Shown here one piece after another: positions 12,988 to 24,319 of a DNA stretch of 32,375 bases (within the stretch, counting starts at the first letter, position 1; each line of letters begins with the position of its first letter). The DNA is taken from the NCBI RefSeq assembly GCF_004010195.1, contig NC_057756.1:6468835-6501209 (forward strand). Reading direction: 5' to 3'. The stretch comes from Chiloscyllium plagiosum. Taxonomy: Eukaryota. The notes under the pieces are model-generated. The model saw nothing but the letters and a program-made list of their open reading frames with translations, had not been told where the DNA came from and searched no databases. Both the position numbers and the translations under genes were made by a program.

Positions 12988-13426
12988 ATGTTTTAAAAAA
13001 AATTCTCAAGGTCAAGGACCAGGCTCGCAGGAAAGTAGTCTGACACAGAACAAACAGCCAAGAGGCGAGTCTGCTAGAATATAAGTGTTTTATTCCCCGC
13101 AGCGTCGCCACAACCAGGTCTCGTACTTACAACGGGTCTGGTTTATACTCACTCTACGTGTTACCGGAACTGGGAGCCGTCAGTTCTCGATTTTACACCA
13201 CATTCCACTGCTTGGCCCAATACATGTGTTACATTATGATTCACACATGTGTTGGGACATAATTTTACACCACATTCCACTGCTTGGCCCAATACATGTG
13301 TTACATTATTATTCACACATGTATTGGGACATAATTTTTAACCGTTTCACCACATTCCACTGCTTGGCCCAATACATGTGTTACATTATGATTCACACAT
13401 GTATTGGGACATAATTTTACACCACA
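12988..13426 (-). mobile_element. Solo LTR (ERV or LTR retrotransposon) with 4-bp target-site duplication
   Basis: ACTG at 12984-12987 and 13427-13430, single in the empty site (~10676). Minus strand starts TGTGG and ends AAAACA(T). Order: 72-bp repeats, TATAAA (13142-13147), AATAAA (13089-13094). Confidence 0.8.
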
Positions 13427-14289
13427 ACTGGTTTCTCCAAGGTCAGCTGTGAATTTCACTGTTTGTTTGCTTTCCTTAGAGGAATGTGAAGCCCAGAGGC
13501 ACTTGAAATCAAACAGCAGAGGCATTATCTGTGAAGGTTCACTGCTGGGTCAGACAGCAGTGAGCTTTCTTTTTTCATAGATTCACTTGCCACCATATAA
13601 TCGCTGCCTTTGCCTCGCTTCCTTCCTTTTTAATATCCATTGTTTTGACCTTTGTTTCCCAAAGTTCCAAACCAATGTAGCAGCTTATAAAATTGTAATT
13701 ACTGCTCCTGGAAGTTGAGGAAATCAGCTCCAAACTGAACATATCTTAAAGGAGCAGCTCTTCCAGCTACAAGTTTTTTTTCCCATCCTCCATCTCGTCA
13801 ACAACATTGCTGTGGCTCAAAGGTCACATTTAGCCCAGACCAGATAAGGATGACTGGTTTTCCCGACAACTGACAATGGTTTCACGGATTCTTAATTTGT
13901 TTTCGATTGTGAAGATTTGACATACTGAGGGAGCCTTTTCTGTGCTGGGGATCCTTGTGACTCTGGCCACAATGATGAATGGACAAATTCACTTCCACAT
14001 TGGAAGAAAACAAGACAGGCGGAGCAGAATCCAACAGGGATCCCACAACAGGCCTAGTACATTCATAAGCATTGTAATATGTATTTTGCAGGCCCCAGAG
14101 GAGGCAGGCCTTAAAGTAAATCAGAAAACAATTGGCACAATGAGACTACCACAACTTGAATATGTGGGACATTGAATTCATAAGGGAGGAAACTCTCCCC
14201 AGGCCATCAAAAACATGCCACAAACAATCACTGGCCAGGGAAGTGAGGACGCTATTGGGAGAATTTTATTCCTGGAGATATAGCTCATG

Positions 14290-14490
14290 GGAGGCAATTG
14301 TCTAGTGGTATTATTACTGGGCTATTAATCCAGAGACCCAGGAAATTTCCTGGTGATCTGGGTTCAAATCCTGCCACTGTAGATGGTGGAATTTGATTAC
14401 AAGAAAGGTTTCAAATTAAGAATGTATCCATTGTCAATTCTTGGGAAAATCACATTTGAATCACTAATGTCTTTTAGGGAAGGAAGCTGC
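14290..14490 (+). mobile_element. tRNA-headed SINE-like repeat
   Basis: A-box-like GTCTAGTGGT and B-box GGTTCAAATCC; reverse complement of the 1195-1468 family. Confidence 0.6.
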
Positions 14491-14518
14491 CCTCATATCG
14501 TGAATAAAAAATAATCGT

Positions 14519-15176
14519 ATGATACGAAAGTCGGAGGAGTTGTAGACAGTGAGGAAGGATGTGGCAGGTTACAGCGGGATATAGATAAGCTGCAGAGCTG
14601 GGCAGAAAGATGGCAAATGGAGTTCAATGTAGCTAAGTGTGAGGTGATTCACTTTGGTAAGAGTAATAAAAAGATGGGGTACTGGGCTAACGGTCGGATA
14701 CTTGGTAGTGTGGATGAGCAGAGGGATCTTAGTGTCCATGTACACAGATCTCTGAAAGTTGCCACCCAGGTAAATAGTGCGGTGAAGAAGGCACATGGCG
14801 TACTGGCTTTTATTGGTAGAGGAATTGAGTTCCGGAGTCCTGAGGTCATGTTGCAGTTGTATAAGACTCTGGTGCGGCCAGAGTCTTATACAACTGCATT
14901 GTGTGCAGTTTTGGTCGCCATACTATAGGAAGGATTTGGAGGCACTGGAACGGGTGCAGAGGAGGTTTACCAGGATGTTGCCTGGTATGGTAGAAAGATC
15001 GTATGAGGAAAGGCTGAGGCACTTGGGGTTGTTTCCATTGGAGAAAAGAAGGTTTAGGGGTGACTTGACAGAGGTGTACAAGATGATTAGGGGTTTAGAT
15101 AGGGCCGACAGTGAGAATCTTTTTCCACGTAGGGAGCCAGCTATAACAAGGGGGCATAGCTTTAAATTAAAGGGGG
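14519..15176 (+). mobile_element. CR1 RT C-terminal fragment
   Basis: LQRDIDKLQSWAERWQMEFNVAKCEVIHFG...CVQFWSPYYRKD...TRGHSFKL, running into a gap. Confidence 0.92.
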
Positions 15177-16324
15177 NNNNNNNNNNNNNNNNNNNNNNNN
15201 NNNNNNNNNNNNNNNNNNNNNNNNNNNNNNNNNNNNNNNNNNNNNNNNNNNNNNNNNNNNNNNNNNNNNNNNNNNNNNNNNNNNNNNNNNNNNNNNNNNN
15301 NNNNNNNNNNNNNNNNNNNNNNNNNNNNNNNNNNNNNNNNNNNNNNNNNNNNNNNNNNNNNNNNNNNNNNNNNNNNNNNNNNNNNNNNNNNNNNNNNNNN
15401 NNNNNNNNNNNNNNNNNNNNNNNNNNNNNNNNNNNNNNNNNNNNNNNNNNNNNNNNNNNNNNNNNNNNNNNNNNNNNNNNNNNNNNNNNNNNNNNNNNNN
15501 NNNNNNNNNNNNNNNNNNNNNNNNNNNNNNNNNNNNNNNNNNNNNNNNNNNNNNNNNNNNNNNNNNNNNNNNNNNNNNNNNNNNNNNNNNNNNNNNNNNN
15601 NNNNNNNNNNNNNNNNNNNNNNNNNNNNNNNNNNNNNNNNNNNNNNNNNNNNNNNNNNNNNNNNNNNNNNNNNNNNNNNNNNNNNNNNNNNNNNNNNNNN
15701 NNNNNNNNNNNNNNNNNNNNNNNNNNNNNNNNNNNNNNNNNNNNNNNNNNNNNNNNNNNNNNNNNNNNNNNNNNNNNNNNNNNNNNNNNNNNNNNNNNNN
15801 NNNNNNNNNNNNNNNNNNNNNNNNNNNNNNNNNNNNNNNNNNNNNNNNNNNNNNNNNNNNNNNNNNNNNNNNNNNNNNNNNNNNNNNNNNNNNNNNNNNN
15901 NNNNNNNNNNNNNNNNNNNNNNNNNNNNNNNNNNNNNNNNATGTGAGTAGGTACACAGGACAACGTGTGTGAAAATCTGGCTCAGAATGCATGAGCGTGT
16001 GTGTAGCACAGGCAGTCAGACTGAGAGAAACTGAGACAGCAAACACGATCCTCTTTGAACAAGATTTTTACTGTTAAACTGGATACCACCCAATGAGATC
16101 ATGGTGGAACAAGTTGCCAGATTTTGCATGTTGTCCTCCGTATCCATAGTGACCAACAGAGTCTCATTGGGATGTGTGCCTGTGGAAAAAGCACCAGAGA
16201 ATAAAACAGAGATCTGATCTCTGCAACAATGTGCTGACTGTGGATGGAGCATATGTAGAAGACATTGGGTCAGGTGTTGTGGGACGTGATAATCACACTC
16301 AGATTGGGACTGTCTATTTTAAAC

Positions 16325-16626
16325 ATGCCCTTCGGCCCAACAAGTCCACACCGACCCTCTGAAGAGTAACCCTCTAGCGTATTACTCTACACTTACCCCT
16401 GATTAATGCACCTAACCCACAAACCCCTGAACACTATGGGCAATTTAGCATGGCCAATTTGCCTAACCTAACCTGATTGTGGGAGGAAAACGGATCATCC
16501 GTAAGAAATCCACACAGACACGGACAGAACGTACAAACTCCACACAGACAGTCGTCCGAGGCTGGAATCGGACCCGGGTCCCTGGCACCTGTGAGGCAGC
16601 TAACCACTGAGCCACCGTGGCACCCA
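16325..16626 (-). mobile_element. HE1-type V-SINE
   Basis: Homologous to 9951-10266; head GGTGGCTCAGTGGTTAGCTGCCTCACAGG...GGGTCCGATTCC. Confidence 0.85.
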
Positions 16627-16719
16627 TAAACAACAACTAACAACAAGCGAAATCCCTGGTTCTAAGGCAAGTTTCTGATAAGGTGTCCTTCACAAATGCA
16701 GAGCCAAACATCAATTTTG

Positions 16720-18728
16720 ATAGTTAGAGTCATAGAGATGTACAGCGTGGAAACAGACCCTTCGGTCCAACCTGTCCATGCCGACCAGATATCCCAACCC
16801 AATCTAGTCCCACCTGCCAGCGCCCGGCTCATATCCCTCCAAACCCTTCCTATTCATATACCCATCCAAATGCCACTTAAATGTTGCAATTGCACCAGCC
16901 TCCACCACATCCTCTGGCAGCTCATTCCATTCACGTACCACCTTCTGCGTAAAAAAGTTGCCCCTTAGGTCTCTTTTATATCTTTCCCCTTTCACCCTAA
17001 ACCTATGCCCTCTAGTTCTGGACTCCCCGATTCCAGGGAAAAGACTTTGTCTATTTATCCTATCCATGCCCCTCATAATTTTGTAAACCTCTATAAGGTC
17101 ACCCTTCAGCCTCTGACGATCCAGGGAAAACAGCCCCAGCCTGTTCAGCCTCTCCCTGTAGCTCAAANNNNNNNNNNNNNNNNNNNNNNNNNNNNNNNNN
17201 NNNNNNNNNNNNNNNNNNNNNNNNNNNNNNNNNNNNNNNNNNNNNNNNNNNNNNNNNNNNNNNNNNNNNNNNNNNNNNNNNNNNNNNNNNNNNNNNNNNN
17301 NNNNNNNNNNNNNNNNNNNNNNNNNNNNNNNNNNNNNNNNNNNNNNNNNNNNNNNNNNNNNNNNNNNNNNNNNNNNNNNNNNNNNNNNNNNNNNNNNNNN
17401 NNNNNNNNNNNNNNNNNNNNNNNNNNNNNNNNNNNNNNNNNNNNNNNNNNNNNNNNNNNNNNNNNNNNNNNNNNNNNNNNNNNNNNNNNNNNNNNNNNNN
17501 NNNNNNNNNNNNNNNNNNNNNNNNNNNNNNNNNNNNNNNNNNNNNNNNNNNNNNNNNNNNNNNNNNNNNNNNNNNNNNNNNNNNNNNNNNNNNNNNNNNN
17601 NNNNNNNNNNNNNNNNNNNNNNNNNNNNNNNNNNNNNNNNNNNNNNNNNNNNNNNNNNNNNNNNNNNNNNNNNNNNNNNNNNNNNNNNNNNNNNNNNNNN
17701 NNNNNNNNNNNNNNNNNCCCTTCTTAAACAGTGGCACCATGTTTGCCAACCTCCAGTCTTTCGGCACCTCACCTGGACTATCGATGATACAAATATCTCA
17801 GCAAGAGCCTAACAATCACTACTCTAGCTTCCCACAGAGTTCTCGGGTACACCTAATCAGGTCCTGGGGATTTATCCACCTTTAACCATTTCAAACATCC
17901 AGCACTTCCTCCTCTGTAATCTGGACATTTTGCAAGATGTCACCATCTATTTCTCTACAGCCTATATCTTCCATATCCTTTTCCACAGTAAATACTAATG
18001 CAAAATATTCATTTAGTGTCTCCCCCATTTTCTGTGGCTCCACACGAAGGCCGCCTTGCTGATCTTTGGGGGGCCCTATTCTCTCCCTAGTTACACTTTT
18101 GTCCTTAATATATTTGTAAAAACCCTTTGGATTCTCCTTAATTCTATTTGCCAAATCTACCTCATGTCCCTGTTTTGCCCTCCTGATTTCCCTCTTAAGT
18201 ATACTCCTACTTTCTTTATACTCTAAGGATCACTCAATCTGTACCTGACATATGCTTCCTTCTTTTTCTTAACCAAACATTCAATTTCTTTAGTCATCCA
18301 GCATTCCCTGTACCTAACAACCTTCCCTTTCACCCTGACAGGAATATACTTTCTCTGGATTCTTTTCATTTCTGAAGGCTTCCCATTTTCCAGCCATCCC
18401 TTTACCTGCGAACATCTGCCTCCAATCAGCTTTCGAAAGTTCTTGCCCAATACCATTAAAATTGGCCTTTCTCCAATTTAGAACTTCAACTTTTAGCTCT
18501 GGGGTATCCTTTACCATCATGATTTTAAAACGAATAGAATTATGGTCGCTGGCCCCAAAGTGCTCCCCCACTGACACCTCAGTCACCTGCCTTGCTTTAT
18601 TTCCCAAGAGTAGGTCAAGTTTTGCACCTTCTCTAGTAGTTACACCCACATACTAAATCAGAAAATTGTCTTGTACGCATTTAAGAAATCCCTCTCCATC
18701 TGAACCTTTAACATTATGGCAGTCCCCT
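16720..18728 (-). mobile_element. CR1 LINE ORF2 (endonuclease end to 3' UTR), gapped
   Basis: TREGAKLDLLLGN...SDHNSIRF, NPKGFYKYIK, DWRLANMVPLFKK, TRGHRFRV...WNELPEDVVEA. Confidence 0.92.
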
Positions 18729-18974
18729 TGTAAAATAGAACAGTCAGGGGAAGGCAAACTTTTCCCCCTTTTCACAATAGTCAGCTGTCAAATTCAGAAA
18801 TTTAAACATCAAGAAACGTGGACAGCCATGTTGAAAAATGGATAGCACATCACAGACGATGATTCTGGAAGGGGAGTTTGGGGTAGGGGGCCTTGGGATA
18901 GGGTGACAAGTGCATGGAAAGGTGCCAAGTGCATAAGAGGAGGGTATCAAGTCGGTAGTGTACCAGATGGGCGT

Positions 18975-19112
18975 TGTGGTTTGTGTGTCAGTGTGTGTGC
19001 GCGCGCGTCTGTGTGGGTTTGTGTGTATCTGTGTTTCTGTGTTTGTGTCTGTGTCAGTATTTGTGTGTGCCTGTGTGTCTTGAATGTGTGTGTGTCTGTG
19101 TGTTTCAGTGTA
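18975..19112. repeat. Imperfect (TG)n microsatellite
   Basis: Visible TG repeats. Confidence 0.85.
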
Positions 19113-19694
19113 TGCTTTGTAGGGTCCTGGTCCGATGTCGGGACTGTGATTTTAGAGGGTCCCAGGATGGCGCAGTGTCATTGGTGGTGGGTAAGAGAAG
19201 TCTACTCAGGAGTTAGATGAGTTAGTATATCTGAGTAAGTATATCATTTAATTTCATTGCAACCATCAAAGGCACCAATTAAATAGAACATTTCAGAAGG
19301 TTTCAGGCAAAGAGGAGTATCCCAGTGGGAAATTCACTTTTCAGTCAGTTAAATCAGAGTATGTTGCAATACTGTCAAAGACAGTGAGACAGGTGGCAAG
19401 AAACAGAGGGAGAGAGAGAAATCATGTGAAAGAGGGTGCAAAAGAAGGACCAAGGGAAGGGATGAGAACAGAATGGCAGAAAGACAAGGAGAGGGAGAAA
19501 ATGACAGGGAGAAAGTGAAGGAGGAGAAAGTTAGGGGAGTGGGAGAGAAACAGATTGAGGCAGTCATTGAGAAAGGATTTGGGATAGACAGAGAGAGATA
19601 AAGTGAGAGAGGGAAGAAGAGTGGATTTTCCAGAATCTGAACTGCTTGATACTGACCGTGAGTTTGCAGTCAGTTGATTCACCTCGATTTCCAG

Positions 19695-19732
19695 TCATTT
19701 TGGTGCTTCATATTCAGCGACAACTGAGTCAT
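19695..19732 (-). CDS. A2M: A2M-family last coding exon, (D)DSVVAEYEAPK*
   Basis: Phase-1 continuation of ...YDYYHT-G gives DDSVVAEYEAPK-stop, similar to the A2M C-terminus DEFAIAEYNAPC. Strong polypyrimidine tract upstream, but the acceptor reads GG; an in-frame AG lies at 19724-19725. Confidence 0.8.
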
Positions 19733-21376
19733 CCGACAGAAACAAAAGGAAGAGAAGGATTGGTGCGTGGAGGGATAGACAAGGATAAACAGACTGGCAT
19801 CCCCAGTGGACAAACACACTTGGAACAAAATGAAAAGAATAGAAACTGGTGAAGAAAACCAGATTCTCAGGAATCATCACCAGGTTAGAAACAGGAGAAA
19901 TAAAAATCTGAGAATGAACACCAGTGTTCGACGCGGGAAAAATAAAAATACAGAAATCAAACCATGGATTGAAGTAGAAGAAATAAAAGTCCATGAATAA
20001 ACACCAGGATAGAATCAGAGAGAAAGTGAGGACTGCACATGCTGGACATCAAAGTCATAAAATGCTGGAAAAACACAGCAGGTCAGGCAGCAGCCGAGGG
20101 GCCGGAGAGTGTTTCGGATGGTCAGCAAACCTGATGCTTCTGGTCAGTATTGTTTAAACAACTGTTTCAACAAGCAATGAAGCATCTTCAGACAAAATGG
20201 AGCCAAGCAGTATTCAAGGTGAAGCACTTGTTGACAACAAAAAACTGATTAGTCTACAGACGAGTGATCAATTCTGATTGGCAGGTACACATTGCCTGCC
20301 AACAACTATATGACTGGTTCTCAGGCACTAAACAATTTGGGCCTGGTTACAATATCCAGAGAATAGATTTGATCTCCCCAGCTCAAGATCTACCGCTGTA
20401 TTCCCCTGTAGTCAGAACTCTCTTTAAATCTGAAAGTAAACTGGTTCTCTTTCCTGCAGCAGTCACTGTAAACTGTGAATTTTGACAGATAAATCAGAGA
20501 CTTTTTATTGGGGAACCAGTCACGCTATGCCTCGTGCAAGCCAGTGAAAGAATCTGGAGAGGGATGACTGAGAAAATGAGCTTTAACCATCTCATAATAG
20601 ATTGCATTCCCAGTCTTCCTCTGCCAATAACTGACAACATTTCCCTGTCTGTCTTTATACCTACCTATGCAAAAGGATCGGTGTATTAATTAGTCATGTT
20701 AAATGCTAACAGATGATAACTGCTTGACTGCATTCAGGATCTAATCACCTTTTTTAAAAAACAAGTCATTCTTTGTAAATATGCAAACTTGGTGTGTGTT
20801 TTCTGTCAACTTCAGTATAAAAGTTAGGTAGATTGTGGAATGCTGTGTGTGTTTTAAAATCTTTAACTTTAAATGATGACTCCAGTAAAGCTGGGCCTGA
20901 CTTCCAGCATGTCACTCCAGTGAGGGCTGGCAAAAAGACTGCTTTCTGTGGTGATGAATATAAATCTGGGCTGTCTGCTTGGTGCCAGGAATTTGATCAT
21001 CTGCTCAAGGTAGAAGAAGAACCTGGAGTAGGAAGGGGAAGATCCCATTGTAGTGGTCCATGTAGTGACAACATGAAGAGGACTAAGGAAGAGATTCAGC
21101 CCTGGCAATGTGAGGAGCTGGGCATCAAATTAAACAGAACCACAAGGTTAGTGATCTCTGGATTCTTAACTGAACACATGCAAATGACAAAGAATACATA
21201 AGACTATGGAAGTGAAATTTGTGTTCAACAACTGGCTTGGGAGAAATGAGTTGCCATTCATGAGCCAATGATATCAATACCAGAGAATATGGGATTTAAA
21301 CCATTGGGATGATCTGTACCTGAATCATGATGGGACCAATATTCTTGCAAACTACATAATTAAGGAAGTAAATAAT

Positions 21377-21527
21377 GAGTGGTGCTGGAAAAGCACAGCA
21401 GGTCAGGCAGCATCTGAGGAGCAGGAAAATTGACGTTTCAGGCAAAAGCCCTTCATCAGGAATAACTCTATTCCAGCACCACTCTGATGTAAACTCTGGT
21501 TTCCAGCATCTGCAGTCCTCACTTTTG
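21377..21527 (-). mobile_element. Short Penelope-terminal-derived element with internal inverted repeat and hammerhead core
   Basis: GAGTGGTGCTGGAA...TTCCAGCACCACTC; related copies at ~20020-20110, ~28526-28660 and 8935-9022. Confidence 0.7.
21428..21463 (-). ncRNA. Minimal hammerhead ribozyme motif
   Basis: CUGAUGA-A-GGGC-UUUU-GCCU-GAAAC-GUC; stem I is weak. Confidence 0.55.
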
Positions 21528-21744
21528 CCAATATCTGGACCACTACAATAGGATCTTCCCCTTCCTAGCCCAAGTTCTTCTTCAGCCCTGAGCAGATGAT
21601 CAAATCCCTGGCACCAAGCAGGATGAGGAATCAAGCTTGATAGATGTAGCAAATCAAGAGGCATGGTCATGACAAGAGAGCAAAGTACTAACAGAAATTA
21701 AAGGTCAGAGATTGGCAGGAAGGGCTAGATCAGATATTATAATG

Positions 21745-22560
21745 ATAGCAAAGCTAAAACCTCTGTAACTGAATGTATATAGAAATCATCATAAAGAAAG
21801 TAAACTGATAGCCTGCAATTAAATAAATAAATATGATCTATTACTATTGTAGAGGCATGGTTTCATGATGACAATGATTGAGGGGAATATAGCACTTGAG
21901 TAGAATAGAAAATCGGAAAATTGTGGAAGTGGCAGGTAGCACTATTAATCAAGGATGGCATTGACAGATGGATAGAGATGGTCCTGGTTCAGGAGACCAG
22001 GATGGAGAATTGATTTGGGTGGAGACAAGGAATAGTAGAGGAAAGAAGTCACTAATGGAAGTGGTCAACAGTTCCCCAACATTTACCACAATGTGGGACA
22101 AAGAATGTAAGAATGAATATTGAGTGCTGATGGTAAAGGGAAGACAATCATTTACAACAATGTATATATGAGCTGGAGAAATCATATTGATAGCAGTAAC
22201 CTCAGTGAGAACTTCAAGGAACACTTTCAAGACTGTTTCTTAAAACTGCATATTGTGAAACTGACTAGAGGCTTGGTATTGTGTAATTTAACAGGATTAA
22301 TTCATGATTCCAGAGTGAAGCACCTCAAAGTAGCAATGAGTATCATAGGGTTCAATGCTATAAGTTTGACAGGGAGAAGACTGGGTCTCTAAGACTAGTG
22401 CATTAAACATAAATAAAGTCAACCATGTGACATGAATGCAGACCTAGCTGAAGTGTAGGAGGAAACCATAGTTTCTTGTGCAAGACTGGACCAATAGAGA
22501 AGCTGTGTCAGATATTTCAGAATAGTTGAAATTAGCTTTCCTCTGTTAAGAAAATTCGAA
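21745..22560 (+). mobile_element. Highly degenerate CR1 endonuclease region
   Basis: Remnants such as YDLFTIVEAW, VALLIKD, LIWVETRNSRGKKSLMEVV; many stops. Confidence 0.6.
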
Positions 22561-23259
22561 AGAACCAATCCACTATCTACAGTGAAATAAAGAATTTCAA
22601 GAAACGCTGTTCCTGATCTCTATATACTTCCTACTCCTTTAGAGCACCTCACTGTCTTCCCTGCTCCTCCAACAGCATTAACTGTTGTTCCATCCATGTT
22701 TATCACATGCAATCCCTTCCTTTACTCAGTTCAGTGAAAGGTGGCCCATCCTTGAAACTGAAGTCACCACAACACCCTGCACCAATTGACCTACATGTAA
22801 TTCCCTAGAGTGGTTGCACTTGACATGGAGGTGTCCAGTGGCCCAGTACAGATCCTTGGACTCTAATAGAACCAAGCACCTGACTGACCGTGTAAATCTC
22901 CTTGGCGGAAAATTGGTCAAACCCCTGAATGACTGGTGATACATCCTAACTGACCAGAATGTCCCTTGCCCTCAATAAGGATTTGACTTCCAGACATGGT
23001 CATTCATTTAAAACATGCACAATTTGTTTGGTTGTTCAATGACTCAGGCTATGTGGGTATCATTGGCTGGGGGTGGCTGGAATGCAGATTTGGGAAGAAA
23101 TTCCATTCAAAATCACAAATACTGTGCACAGCTTTGCATTCTTTGTCAAAGAGAGGATGTAGATTCCCAGGAGTTGGCTCAGAGGAGATGTACTGGATTG
23201 ATAGCTAGAATTATGTGGGTTGTCTTTGAGAACCGAGTAACTAGGGGCAGGAGTAGACT

Positions 23260-24030
23260 GTTCAGAACCTCAAGGCTGCTCATCATTTAATAGTACCATG
23301 GTTCATTTCAACTCAGCCTGAACATCACTTTCCTCCACACTCCCTTCAAACTGTCACTAATTAAAAAGCTATCTCCTCCTTAGAGTTGGTCAATATTCTG
23401 CATCCACTGAACTCTTGGGGAGTGCATTCCACAGATTCTGAGAGAGAAGTAATTCTTTCTCATCTTCATTTTAAATCTGCCACTCCTCCTAAATTGATGA
23501 TTTCTTATTTTAGATTGACCCACAAGGGGACATAAACACTGTATGTTGACTTTGTCATTCTATATGCTTCCATTAGATCCCCTCCCATCATTCTACAGAG
23601 AGTAAAAGCCTAAACTGCTCACACTCTTTACAAGACAAACTCCTCAACTCTGAAACTGATCTAATGAATCTCCTCTGAACTGCAATTACATCTCACCTCA
23701 AGTAAGGGACCAATCTGTATGCAGTACTCGAGCATGGTCTCACCAATGTCTTTTGATACTCCACTTCCCTACTGCCTGGGGAAAGGTTGGAGAGACTGAG
23801 TTTGTTTTCACTGGAGGTTCGATGTGTCAGGACTGACAGGATTGGAATGTCTAAGAGCCTGAATGATCTTGAAAAGGTGAGGTGAGTGTGGAAAGGATAT
23901 ATCCTGATGGGGGTGAGTTTAGAACTAGAGGGCACTGCTTAAAAATGAGGGTGTCACTCATCAGAACAGAATTGAGGAAAATTTGTTTCTCTCAGAGAGT
24001 TGTATGAGTTTGGAACTCTCTACCTGAGAA
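23260..24030. mobile_element. Two old CR1 3' fragments in opposite orientation (about 23260-23760 minus, 23770-24030 plus)
   Basis: QKTLVRP on minus strand; LERLSLFSLE...RTRGHCLKMR on plus strand. Confidence 0.6.
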
Positions 24031-24091
24031 GATGGAGGCTGGTGTAGAAACATAACAGAGGATTGAGGAATGCTGTATAAATGGAGCTTAC

Positions 24092-24197
24092 CAGTATGGT
24101 AGTAATCATAAACTTTCACAATGGCAGGCTGCAGGTTTTCTACACTGAACTGATGGATGGTGTCAATGGATAATTGTAGCAGACTGTTCACTTCCAT
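24092..24197 (-). CDS. A2M: Alpha-2-macroglobulin-family gene, internal exon of receptor-binding (MG8) domain
   Basis: 106-nt exon: acceptor tctctctctccag, donor G|gtaagc, phase 0 to 1. Translates MEVNSLLQLSIDTIHQFSVENLQPAIVKVYDYYHT, matching the A2M-family motif L(K/Q)PA(I/V)VKVYDYY. Paralogue (A2M, A2ML1, ovostatin-like) not resolved. Confidence 0.93.
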
Positions 24198-24319
24198 CTG
24201 GAGAGAGAGATGAGATCAGGCCACTCACCACTAAAACAGTATTGTCACTGCAGAAGAAATGTCAGCTTCCAGATCTTAGACTTTCATCTCTGTTTCACTG
24301 TCTCTGTTTTTCACACAAC

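Larger units (their letters stand above)
9943..14277 (+). repeat. Local direct duplication: arm A 9943-11540, arm B 12273-14277
   Basis: Nearly identical arms from CCTCACACTTAGATTAGG to TTTTATTCCTGGAG; B carries an extra 439-bp insert. Confidence 0.95.

Noticed and set aside
13190..13426. 72-bp repeats as a CRISPR array
   Set aside because: Head-to-tail units without spacers, inside a TSD-flanked insert.
3667..17772. Long ORFs of 190-383 aa in the ORF track
   Set aside because: They run through N gaps; the real residues are CR1 fragments.
18903..19220. Cys/Val-rich ORFs
   Set aside because: Translation of a (TG)n microsatellite.
20383..20445. Alternative last exon tttactttcag-(D)LKRVLTTGEYSGRS*
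   Set aside because: Frame-compatible but poorly similar to A2M C-termini; 19695-19732 fits much better. It could still act as a cryptic acceptor.
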